Positions 9,402 to 17,741 of a stretch of DNA of 36,577 bases are shown here, in pieces. Origin of the DNA: Komarekiella delphini-convector SJRDD-AB1. GTDB taxonomy: Bacteria > Cyanobacteriota > Cyanobacteriia > Cyanobacteriales > Nostocaceae. The stretch lies in NCBI RefSeq assembly GCF_014831675.1, contig NZ_VJXY01000060.1, positions 1 to 36,577 on the forward strand, in the 5' to 3' direction. How positions within the stretch are numbered: the first letter of the stretch is position 1; the number at the start of each line of letters is the position of its first letter. Below the pieces are notes generated by a model that did not search any database, had not been told where the DNA came from, and was given only the letters and a program-made list of their open reading frames with translations. The position numbers and the translations under genes are program-made.

Positions 9402-12400
9402 ATGAGCTATTCTGCTGAAATAAATTCATTAGAACCAAACAAGCCAGCAAAAACAGGGGAAAATATCTGGCAAGCGATCGCAAGCATTCTCGAATTACAA
9501 AATCAAGCTCCAGCTTTGATGCCTGTATCTCGGAATAAACACTTGCCTTTGTCTTTTTCTCAAGAAAGATTATGGTTCCTTTACCAGTTACAGTCAGATA
9601 GCTCTACCTATAATGTTTCCTTTGCTTTTCGCCTTCAGGGTTTACTCAATATTTCCGCATTAGAGCATAGTTTCAATGAGATTATTAAACGCCACGAAAC
9701 ATTGCGAACTACGTTTTTAGCTTCCCAAAACAAACCTGTTCAGGTGATTTCTCCCAGCCTAAAATTTAAGTTACCTGTAGTGAATCTTCAGGAACTTCCT
9801 GAAAAAGAAAGAGAAACTCAAGTTTTGCAACTGATCAAAAATGAAGTTCAACAACCCTTTGATTTAGAGCAAGAATTACTGTTGCGGTCTTCCTTAGTGC
9901 ATCTGGATGAAAATGAATATGTCCTACTCCTGAGCGTCCACCATATTGCCTTTGATGGTTGGTCTGAAGGTATTTTGTGGCGCGAACTGACAACTTTATA
10001 CACAGCTTTTTCCACTCTTCAGCCCTCTTTCCTGCCTGAACTGCCCATTCAGTACGCAGACTTTGCCGTTTGGCAAAGACAGTGGTTGCAAGGTCAAGTC
10101 ATGGACACTCAACTAAACTACTGGAAGCAACAATTAGCAGACGTGCCTCCCCTGCTAGAACTGCCTACCGACCGAGTGCGCCCACCAATACAAACAAACC
10201 GCGGCAGTATCAAGCATTTTCAACTAGATGAGCATCTGACTCAAAAACTCAAAAGCCTTAGCGAACAGTCAGGCGCAACCTTATTTATGACTTTGCTAAC
10301 TGGCTTTGTCATCCTACTATCGCGCTACAGCAATCAACAAGATATTCTCGTCGGTTCCCCAATAGCCAACCGCAACCGTAGTGAAATAGAATCTCTCATC
10401 GGCTTTTTTGTCAATATTTTAGTATTGCGTACTGACGCTTCTGGAAATCCCAGCTTTTGGGAGTTACTGCAAAGAGTACGCCAAGTAGCTTTGAACGCAT
10501 ACTCTCATCAAGATGTGCCATTTGAGCAAGTAGTAGAAGCTTTACAGCCAGAAAGAAACCTTAACTACTCTCCATTGTTCCAGGTGATGTTCGTTTTGCT
10601 GAATACGCCGCCTGGAAAATTGGAATTGCCTGGTTTATCTCTAACTCCCTTAGAAATAGAAAACCCGACAGCTAAGTTTGATTTAACCTTGTTGATGACG
10701 GAAACTAAGCAAGGACTAAGTGGAAGTTTAGAGTACAACTGTGACTTATTTGAGAAAGCTACAATTACCCGGATGGTCGGGCATTTTGTGACCTTGCTAG
10801 AAGGTATTGTTGCTAACCCAAAAGAGCGAATTTCGCAATTACCGCTGCTGACACAAGCTGAGCAGCATCAGTTATTAGTTGAATGGAACGATACTCAGGC
10901 AAAATATCCTGCTGATAAGTGCATTCATCAGTTGTTTGAGGCGCAGGTTCAACGTACCCCCAATGCTGTGGCGGTAGTGTATGACAATCAACAACTTACC
11001 TACCAGCAGTTGAATACTCGTGCTAACCAGTTGGCGCATTACTTACGCTCATTAGGTGTGGGAGCTGATGTACTGGTGGGGGTGTGCATAGAACGCTCTT
11101 TAGAGATGGTAGTAGGAATACTTGGTATTCTTAAGGCGGGTGGAGCTTATGTGCCACTTGATCCTGAGTATCCCCAAGAGCGTTTGAGCTTTATGCTCGA
11201 AGATTCTCAAGTTAAGGTATTGCTGACTCAACAGCAATTAGTAGAATCTCTGCCTAAACATCAAGCGCGTATTATCTGCTTAGACATCGATTGGGAAAAA
11301 ATAGCTCAAAACAACCAGTCAAACCCTCTAAATGAGGCAACAGCCGATAACCTAGCATACGTCATCTACACTTCAGGTTCCACAGGTAAGCCCAAAGGCG
11401 TTTTAGTCAACCACAATAATGTAACTCGTCTGTTTGCGGCCACAGACGCTTGGTATAACTTCAATCAAAATGATGTGTGGACAATGTTCCACTCTTATGC
11501 ATTCGATTTCTCTGTTTGGGAGATTTGGGGTGCTTTGCTGTATGGTGGACGGCTGGTAGTAGTTCCTTACTTGGTGACGCGATCGCCTGAATTATTCTAC
11601 CAGTTATTAGCTCAAGAACAAGTCACAGTTCTTAATCAAACACCCTCAGCCTTCCGCCAATTAATTCAAGCCGAACAGTCAGGTTTAACCACTGGGGAAT
11701 TGAATTTGCGCTTAGTAATTTTTGGTGGAGAAACCTTAGAACTCAAAAGTTTACAGCCTTGGTTTGAGAGACATGGCGACACCTCACCCCAATTAGTGAA
11801 TATGTACGGGATTACGGAAACCACCGTACACGTCACTTATCGCCCATTGAGCAAAGCCGATTTAAATCACACCGCTAGTGTAATTGGTCGTCCAATACCC
11901 GACTTACAAGTGTATGTGCTAGATGAATATAAAAAACTAGCACCAATAGGCGTTCCAGGTGAGATGTATGTTGGTGGTGCAGGTGTGACACGTGGTTATC
12001 TCCATCGTCCAGAACTGACAGCAGAAAGCTTTATTTATCATCCTTTTAGCGAAAATCCCCAAACGCGACTATATAAAACAGGGGACTTGGCGCGGTATTT
12101 GCCCAATGGCGATTTAGAGTATTTAGGACGAATTGACAATCAGGTAAAAATCCGGGGCTTCCGCATTGAGTTGGGAGAAATTGAAGCATTACTGGCTACT
12201 CACCCAGCCGTTTGGGAAAGTGTGGTGGTGGTGCGGGAGGATGAACCGGGGGACAAACGTTTAATTGCTTACGTGGTATCGAATAGAGAACAATCTCTCA
12301 CCATCACAGAACTACGTCAGTTTTTGAAAGCAACGCTACCTGATTACATGATTCCAAGTGCTTTTGTAATGCTGGAATCCTTACCCCTGACATCTAACGG

Positions 12401-12761
12401 TAAGATAGACCGTCACGCCTTACCTGTCCCAGAGTCACGTGAGGGACTAAAGGTAAGTTTTGTAGCCCCGCGCACCCCGGAAGAAGAAATTTTGGTAAAA
12501 ATTTGGGCTGACATCCTGAAAGTAGAACAAGTAGGTATTCACGATAACTTCTTTGAACTAGGAGGAAATTCCCTGTTGGGGGCGCAAGTAATTTCGCGAT
12601 TGCGCGTTGCTTTCTCTATTGATTTGTCTTTACACCGTTTATTTGTATCTCCTACTGTAGCTGAGTTAGCTCATAACATTGAGGTGCTGCGAATTGCAAC
12701 AGAAGATGAAGATACTTTGATGATTGATACAGAAGAAGAATACGAAGAGGGGTGTTTATAA
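9402..12761 (+). CDS. NRPS module 1: C-A-T with acidic C-terminal tail; A-domain pocket reads DFWNIGMVHK (Thr-like)
   Basis: - C domain: 'LPLSFSQERLWF' and 'HHIAFDGWS' (9939-9959).
- A domain: 'LAYVIYTSGSTGKPKGV', 'FDFSVWE' (D235 at 11505), 'VLNQTPS', 'VIFGGE', 'NMYGITETTVHV', 'YKTGDLARY', 'GRIDNQVKIRGFRIELGEIE' and 'NGKIDR' (K at 12402).
- T domain: 'DNFFELGGNSLL' (Ser at 12570).
- The pocket was read by gap-free alignment to GrsA-PheA numbering. Confidence 0.95.
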   Translation: MSYSAEINSLEPNKPAKTGENIWQAIASILELQNQAPALMPVSRNKHLPLSFSQERLWFLYQLQSDSSTYNVSFAFRLQGLLNISALEHSFNEIIKRHETLRTTFLASQNKPVQVISPSLKFKLPVVNLQELPEKERETQVLQLIKNEVQQPFDLEQELLLRSSLVHLDENEYVLLLSVHHIAFDGWSEGILWRELTTLYTAFSTLQPSFLPELPIQYADFAVWQRQWLQGQVMDTQLNYWKQQLADVPPLLELPTDRVRPPIQTNRGSIKHFQLDEHLTQKLKSLSEQSGATLFMTLLTGFVILLSRYSNQQDILVGSPIANRNRSEIESLIGFFVNILVLRTDASGNPSFWELLQRVRQVALNAYSHQDVPFEQVVEALQPERNLNYSPLFQVMFVLLNTPPGKLELPGLSLTPLEIENPTAKFDLTLLMTETKQGLSGSLEYNCDLFEKATITRMVGHFVTLLEGIVANPKERISQLPLLTQAEQHQLLVEWNDTQAKYPADKCIHQLFEAQVQRTPNAVAVVYDNQQLTYQQLNTRANQLAHYLRSLGVGADVLVGVCIERSLEMVVGILGILKAGGAYVPLDPEYPQERLSFMLEDSQVKVLLTQQQLVESLPKHQARIICLDIDWEKIAQNNQSNPLNEATADNLAYVIYTSGSTGKPKGVLVNHNNVTRLFAATDAWYNFNQNDVWTMFHSYAFDFSVWEIWGALLYGGRLVVVPYLVTRSPELFYQLLAQEQVTVLNQTPSAFRQLIQAEQSGLTTGELNLRLVIFGGETLELKSLQPWFERHGDTSPQLVNMYGITETTVHVTYRPLSKADLNHTASVIGRPIPDLQVYVLDEYKKLAPIGVPGEMYVGGAGVTRGYLHRPELTAESFIYHPFSENPQTRLYKTGDLARYLPNGDLEYLGRIDNQVKIRGFRIELGEIEALLATHPAVWESVVVVREDEPGDKRLIAYVVSNREQSLTITELRQFLKATLPDYMIPSAFVMLESLPLTSNGKIDRHALPVPESREGLKVSFVAPRTPEEEILVKIWADILKVEQVGIHDNFFELGGNSLLGAQVISRLRVAFSIDLSLHRLFVSPTVAELAHNIEVLRIATEDEDTLMIDTEEEYEEGCL
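12693..12758 (+). other. acidic C-terminal tail of NRPS1 ('IATEDEDTLMIDTEEEYEEGCL'), candidate docking peptide
   Basis: A 22-aa Asp/Glu-rich extension follows the T domain. The next two ORFs both start with TubC-type docking domains, which bind short C-terminal peptides of upstream partners. Confidence 0.4.
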
Positions 12762-12762
12762 A

Positions 12763-12924
12763 GTGACAACAGTTGAATTTTTAGCTTCACTCAAAAGTTT
12801 AAGCATCAAAATCTGGATTGAAAATGATCAACTACGCTATCGCGCTCCTAAAGGAGTAATGAAATCAGATCTCAAACAGGAATTGGTGGAGCGGAAAACA
12901 GAAATAGTTAGATTTCTCAAACAA
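12763..12924 (+). other. TubC-type (beta-hairpin class) N-terminal docking domain on the methyltransferase
   Basis: The 'WIENDQLRYRAPKG...L...L..RK.EI' signature is shared with the N-termini of NRPS2 and NRPS3. Confidence 0.65.
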
Positions 12925-14082
12925 GCAAAAGATGTGATGGGCGACAAACGTTTAGTAACTGATGTCGTTCCTCAAAGAAATTTACAGTCAATATCTCAGG
13001 AAGAATGCGAAAAGCCTAATCAAATTGAACTATGGCCATCATTAGCAGAATTCTTTGTGTATGACGAGTTTTTATACTACGTTCTCACCAACGATCGCCG
13101 CAGAAATCACAGCTACAAAGTGGCTATTAATCAGTTAGTCAAAGATAAAGTAGTTGTCGATATCGGAACAGGTAAAGATGCAATTTTAGCTAGATTTTGT
13201 GCTGAAGCTAATGCACGGAAAGTCTATGCAATTGAAATGAGTGAAAAATATTACAACTCAGCCAAAGCTTGCATCAACAAACTTGGTTTAGCAGACAAAA
13301 TCACCTTAATTTTAGGGGATGCAACCAAAGTTAATTTACCTGAGATGGCTGACGTTTGTGTTTCAGAAATAGTTGGCTCCATTGGAGGAGTTGAAGGCGC
13401 GGCATTAATTTTAAATAACGCCCGCAGATTTTTGAAAGAAGATGGAGTAATGATTCCGGCAAGAAGCATTACTAAAATTGCTGGTGTTTGTCTACCTGAT
13501 GAGTTTTTGCAAAATCCAGGGTTTACGGAAATCCCAGCTTATTATACTCGTAAAATATTTGAGCAAGTTGGATACCCCTTTGATTTAAGGTTATGTCTGA
13601 GACATTTTTCCAAGTCCAGCATTATCTCCACTAGCTCGATTTTTGAAGACCTGAATTTCACAGGTATGATCGAACCAGAATATAGTCACGAAGTCAACCT
13701 CAGCATTTTAAAAGATTCAAGATTAGATGGCTTTATAGTCTGGCTCAATCTACACACTATAGAAGGGGAAGTTATTGATGTACTAGAGCATGAATATTGC
13801 TGGCTACCTGTATATTTTCCAGTCTTCTCTCCGGGAATTCAAGTTTCTCAAGGAGATAAAATTGAAGCAATTTGCAGTGGCTCGCTGTGTGAAAACAATC
13901 TGAATCCAGACTATAAAATAGAAGGTTACGTGATTAAAGAAACAGGAGAAAAAATAGAATTTAAATACTATTCATATCATTATAAAAATGATTTTGAACA
14001 AACACCATTTTATAAAACAATTTTTTCTCAATATGTATTTGAATCTAATATAAACAATTCTATCAAAACAGCAATAACTTAG
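12763..14082 (+). CDS. free-standing PRMT-fold SAM methyltransferase with N-terminal NRPS docking domain
   Basis: - N-terminus: 'TTVEFLASLKSLSIKIWIENDQLRYRAPKGVMKSDLKQELVERKTEIVRFLKQ' (docking domain).
- Core: 'LTNDRRRNHSYKVAI...KDKVVVDIGTG', 'KVYAIE' and 'DVCVSEIVGSIGGVEGA' (E-x8-E, 13366-13395).
- C-terminus: barrel-like part with 'YCWLPVYFP'.
- This matches the type I protein-arginine-methyltransferase layout.
- GTG 12763 (GAGGGG about 10 nt upstream, 1 nt after the NRPS1 stop) is preferred over ATG 12724, which lies inside NRPS1. Confidence 0.8.
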   Translation: MTTVEFLASLKSLSIKIWIENDQLRYRAPKGVMKSDLKQELVERKTEIVRFLKQAKDVMGDKRLVTDVVPQRNLQSISQEECEKPNQIELWPSLAEFFVYDEFLYYVLTNDRRRNHSYKVAINQLVKDKVVVDIGTGKDAILARFCAEANARKVYAIEMSEKYYNSAKACINKLGLADKITLILGDATKVNLPEMADVCVSEIVGSIGGVEGAALILNNARRFLKEDGVMIPARSITKIAGVCLPDEFLQNPGFTEIPAYYTRKIFEQVGYPFDLRLCLRHFSKSSIISTSSIFEDLNFTGMIEPEYSHEVNLSILKDSRLDGFIVWLNLHTIEGEVIDVLEHEYCWLPVYFPVFSPGIQVSQGDKIEAICSGSLCENNLNPDYKIEGYVIKETGEKIEFKYYSYHYKNDFEQTPFYKTIFSQYVFESNINNSIKTAIT

Positions 14083-14149
14083 TAAATACCACCTTGTGAA
14101 TAGTAGATCTCTTGCATGAATCAAACTATGAACTACTAAACAGATAACT

Positions 14150-14190
14150 TTCTCGTTATTCTCTGCGCCTCTGTGCCTCTGCGTGAACCT
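14150..14190. repeat. short dispersed GC-rich repeat, 'CTCTGCG' family, copy 2
   Basis: 'ttctcgttattctctgcgcctctgtgcctctgcgtgaacc' lies in the spacer between the methyltransferase and NRPS2. Confidence 0.4.
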
Positions 14191-14259
14191 TAAAATTCTT
14201 ATTTTTAAATATTTGTGCAAAAAGTCTAGTGTAATTTACTAGTAATTCAGCAAAAGAAC

Positions 14260-14442
14260 ATGAATAAAAATATTAATAAAATAACAGTATTTGAATTTTT
14301 ATCTTTACTAAACAGCTTAGATATAAAAGTTTGGATTGAAAACGACCAGCTGCGCTATCGCGCTCCCAAGGGAGTGATAACTTCAGCCCTCAAGCAGGAG
14401 TTGATAGAGCGAAAAAAAGAAATATTGGGTTGTCTTGAAGAA
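14260..14442 (+). other. TubC-type N-terminal docking domain of NRPS2
   Basis: It is near-identical in pattern to the methyltransferase N-terminus: 'KVWIENDQLRYRAPKGVITSALKQELIERKKEIL' versus 'KIWIENDQLRYRAPKGVMKSDLKQELVERKTEIV'. Confidence 0.65.
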
Positions 14443-17400
14443 GCAAGAACCGAAAACAAATTAGCTTTTGAACCTATTTTACCTGTTGACCGAGATTGCC
14501 ATTTACCTTTATCTTTTAGTCAACAAAGACTGTGGTTTCTCCATCAGTTAGATAAACAAAACTCTTTTTATAATGGCAATGTACAACTTCGGTTTATTGG
14601 TGCGCTAAACGTAACAGCATTAGAGCAAAGCATCAATGAAATTATCTGTCGCCACGAAGCTTTACGGACTGTTTTCTCAACAGTAGATGGATTGGCGGTG
14701 CAGAAGATTATCCCTACTTTAACTATCAACATCCCAGTATTGGATGTAGAAGGATTAGAAGAAGGTGAAATTCAACAACTAGTTACTAAAGAAATTCAGC
14801 AACCTTTTGATTTAAGTATCGCTCCTTTATTACGAGTTACTCTACTGCGCCAAGAAGTAGAATCTTACTTAATGGTCTTGACTATGCACCACATCATTAT
14901 TGATGCCTGGTCAATGGAAATATTCTTCAAAGAGCTAGAAGTCCTTTATGATGCTTTTACTAAAGGACAACCAAATCCTTTACCAGAGTTAACGATACAA
15001 TACGCTGATTTTGCCCTCTGGCAACGCCAATGTTTAACTAAAGAAGTTCAACAAAAGCAACTAGAGTACTGGAAACAACAGTTAGCTGATGCACCGCCCT
15101 TATTGGAGTTAACAACGGATTATCCGCGCCCCCCAGTTCAGACTTTTTCTGGTGCTACTAAAAGATTTCAACTCGAAAAGGATTTAACTTCTCAACTAGT
15201 AACCCTCAGCCAAAATTCAAGTGTCACTTTGTTTATGACTCTGCTGACAGCTTATACCGTTTTACTGTATCGTTACAGTGGTCAAGATGATATTTGTATA
15301 GGTTCGCCTTTCGCTAATCGCGATCGCCAAGAACTTGAATCACTCATCGGCTTTTTTGCCAATACTTTAGTTTTGCGTACCAACTTGGCAGGCAACCCCA
15401 GCTTTAACGAATTACTGAGTCGTGTTCGTGAAATGGCAATGGATGCCTATGCTCATCAAAATTTTCCCTTTGAAATGCTGGTTGAGGCATTGCAACCGCA
15501 AAGAGAACTCAGCCATACACCCCTATTCCAAGTAACGTTTGCCCTCCAGAATGCTTCCACATCTCCAGTAGAGTTGACTGGGTTAACTGTCACTTCATTG
15601 CCCACAGAAACTACAACTACCAAGTTTGATTTGACTTTATTAGTAGAAAATACTGCTGCTGGTTTGGTGAGTGTATGGGAGTATAACACTGATTTATTTA
15701 ATACCAGCACAATTGAGCGCATGGCTGAGCATTTTCAGACATTGCTTGAAGGTATTGTTGCTAACCCAGAGCAGCAAATTGCCCAATTGCCTTTACTGAC
15801 AAAAGTTGAGCAGCATCAATTATTAGTTGAATGGAACGATACTCAGACAGATTATCCCCAAGATAAGTGCATCCATCAATTGTTTGAGGAACAGGTTCAG
15901 CGCACCCCAGATGCAGTAGCAGTTGTGTTTGAAAATCAACAACTGACCTACCAGCAGTTGAACTGTCAGGCTAACTCTTTAGCGCACTACCTCAAGTCTT
16001 TAGGTGTGGGAGCAGATGTTTTGGTGGGTATTTGCGTGGAGCGTTCTTTAGAAATGATTGTGGGACTATTGGGAATTCTCAAAGCAGGTGGGGCTTATGT
16101 GCCACTTGACCCAGAGTATCCCCAAGAGCGCTTAAGTTTTATGCTGGCAGATACTCAGCTAAAAGTGCTGTTGACTCAAGAGAATTTAGTAGAGTCACTT
16201 CCTGAGCATCAGGCCCGTGTTGTCTGCTTAGAAACAGAATGGCAAAGCTTTAAGCAAGTAAATCAAGATAATCTCAACAGTACAGTCAGTTCCAAAAACC
16301 TAGCTTATGTGATTTACACCTCCGGTTCTACAGGTACACCCAAGGGAGTATTGGTCACACATCAAGCTGTAAATCGATTGGTCTTCAACACCAATTACAT
16401 ACAGTTAACACCCCATGACTGCGTTGCTCAAGCTGCAAATATTGCTTTTGATGCTGCAACTTTTGAAATTTGGGGAGCATTGCTGCACGGAGCAAAACTA
16501 GTTATTCTCAATCAATTTGTACTGCTTATCCCGAAAGAATTTGCTGTAAATATGCGCTCCCATGAGATCAGCGTCTTATTTTTAACCACAGCTTTATTCA
16601 ATCAATTAGCCAGTTTTGTACCACAAGCATTTAGTTCTCTACGATATCTACTATTTGGTGGTGAAGCCGTTGACCCTAGATGGGTGCAAGAAGTCCTAGA
16701 CAAAGGCGCACCACAGCAATTACTCCATGTCTATGGCCCAACAGAAAATACCACGTTTTCTACTTGGTATTTGGTAAAGAACTTACCAACAAAAACTGCA
16801 ACTATACCCATTGGTCGGGCAATTGCCAATACACAAATCTATTTATTAGACCAAAACTTACAACCTGTACCGATTGGTATACCAGGAGAATTGTACCTTG
16901 GTGGAGCAGGATTAGCACGCGGCTACCTCAACCGCCCAGAGTTGACACAAGAGAAATTCATCCCCAACCCCTTCGGTGGAAGCAGGGGAGAAGAACGCTT
17001 ATACAAAACAGGGGACTTAGCCCGTTATCTGCCAAATGGTAATATCGAATACCTGGGACGCATAGATAACCAGGTAAAAATTCGGGGCTTCCGCATTGAA
17101 TTAGGAGAAATTGAAGCAGTACTGAGCCAACATGATGATGTACAAGTATCTTGCGTCATCGCCAAGGAAGATAGTTCAGGTGGTAGGTGCTTAGTCGCTT
17201 ATGTAGTACCACATCAACAGCAGATACCCACAATTAGTGAACTGCGTCAATTCCTTTCTAATAAACTGCCTGGGTATATGATGCCATCTGCTTTTGTGAT
17301 ATTGGAGTCCTTACCTCTGACACCCAACTGCAAAGTAAACCGTCGCGCTCTACCTGACCCCGATTTAAATCAAGAACTATCAGATTATGTCATGCCAAAT

Positions 17401-17739
17401 ACAGAAGCAGAAAAAATTATTGCTGATATTTGGCAAAAAGCACTCTCATTAGAAAAAGTTGGAATTTATAATAATTTCTTTGATCTGGGAGGTCATTCTT
17501 TACTACTAGTAAAGATTAATCAGCAATTGCAAGAAACATTTGGGTTGGAAGTTTCAATAGTTGATATGTTTAACTACCCAACTATACATACTTTGAGCCA
17601 ATACTTAAGTAATAAGAATTATCAAGAAAATGCAATTAAGCAAAATAATTATCGAACTCAATCTCATAGTGAAATTAAATCTTTAAGAAACCAACAATTG
17701 CAATCCAGACAAGAATATCGTTCCCAGAGAAAAAGGTAA
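14260..17739 (+). CDS. NRPS module 2: dock-C-A-T; A-domain pocket reads DAFFLGVTFK (Ile/Val-like)
   Basis: - Dock: 'ITVFEFLSLLNSLDIKVWIENDQLRYRAPKG'.
- C domain: 'LPLSFSQQRLWF' and 'HHIIIDAWS' (14887-14907; Ala replaces the usual Gly).
- A domain: 'LAYVIYTSGSTGTPKGV', 'FDAATFE' (D235 at 16450), 'VLFLTT', 'LLFGGE', 'HVYGPTENTTFS' and 'NCKVNR' (K at 17332).
- T domain: 'NNFFDLGGHSLL'.
- The protein ends in a basic, Gln-rich tail. Confidence 0.95.
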   Translation: MNKNINKITVFEFLSLLNSLDIKVWIENDQLRYRAPKGVITSALKQELIERKKEILGCLEEARTENKLAFEPILPVDRDCHLPLSFSQQRLWFLHQLDKQNSFYNGNVQLRFIGALNVTALEQSINEIICRHEALRTVFSTVDGLAVQKIIPTLTINIPVLDVEGLEEGEIQQLVTKEIQQPFDLSIAPLLRVTLLRQEVESYLMVLTMHHIIIDAWSMEIFFKELEVLYDAFTKGQPNPLPELTIQYADFALWQRQCLTKEVQQKQLEYWKQQLADAPPLLELTTDYPRPPVQTFSGATKRFQLEKDLTSQLVTLSQNSSVTLFMTLLTAYTVLLYRYSGQDDICIGSPFANRDRQELESLIGFFANTLVLRTNLAGNPSFNELLSRVREMAMDAYAHQNFPFEMLVEALQPQRELSHTPLFQVTFALQNASTSPVELTGLTVTSLPTETTTTKFDLTLLVENTAAGLVSVWEYNTDLFNTSTIERMAEHFQTLLEGIVANPEQQIAQLPLLTKVEQHQLLVEWNDTQTDYPQDKCIHQLFEEQVQRTPDAVAVVFENQQLTYQQLNCQANSLAHYLKSLGVGADVLVGICVERSLEMIVGLLGILKAGGAYVPLDPEYPQERLSFMLADTQLKVLLTQENLVESLPEHQARVVCLETEWQSFKQVNQDNLNSTVSSKNLAYVIYTSGSTGTPKGVLVTHQAVNRLVFNTNYIQLTPHDCVAQAANIAFDAATFEIWGALLHGAKLVILNQFVLLIPKEFAVNMRSHEISVLFLTTALFNQLASFVPQAFSSLRYLLFGGEAVDPRWVQEVLDKGAPQQLLHVYGPTENTTFSTWYLVKNLPTKTATIPIGRAIANTQIYLLDQNLQPVPIGIPGELYLGGAGLARGYLNRPELTQEKFIPNPFGGSRGEERLYKTGDLARYLPNGNIEYLGRIDNQVKIRGFRIELGEIEAVLSQHDDVQVSCVIAKEDSSGGRCLVAYVVPHQQQIPTISELRQFLSNKLPGYMMPSAFVILESLPLTPNCKVNRRALPDPDLNQELSDYVMPNTEAEKIIADIWQKALSLEKVGIYNNFFDLGGHSLLLVKINQQLQETFGLEVSIVDMFNYPTIHTLSQYLSNKNYQENAIKQNNYRTQSHSEIKSLRNQQLQSRQEYRSQRKR

Positions 17740-17741
17740 AA

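Noticed and set aside
9540-10850. Heterocyclisation (Cy) domain acting on the Thr of module 1 (aryl-oxazoline, as in many aryl-capped siderophores)
   Set aside because: The domain carries a normal 'HHIAFDGWS' condensation motif rather than the DxxxxD motif of Cy domains.
12724-12762. ATG 12724 as start of the methyltransferase (track ORF start)
   Set aside because: It lies inside the NRPS1 coding region and adds 13 basic residues ahead of the docking domain. GTG 12763 follows the NRPS1 stop by 1 nt, has a GAGGGG upstream, and gives an N-terminus parallel to those of NRPS2 and NRPS3.
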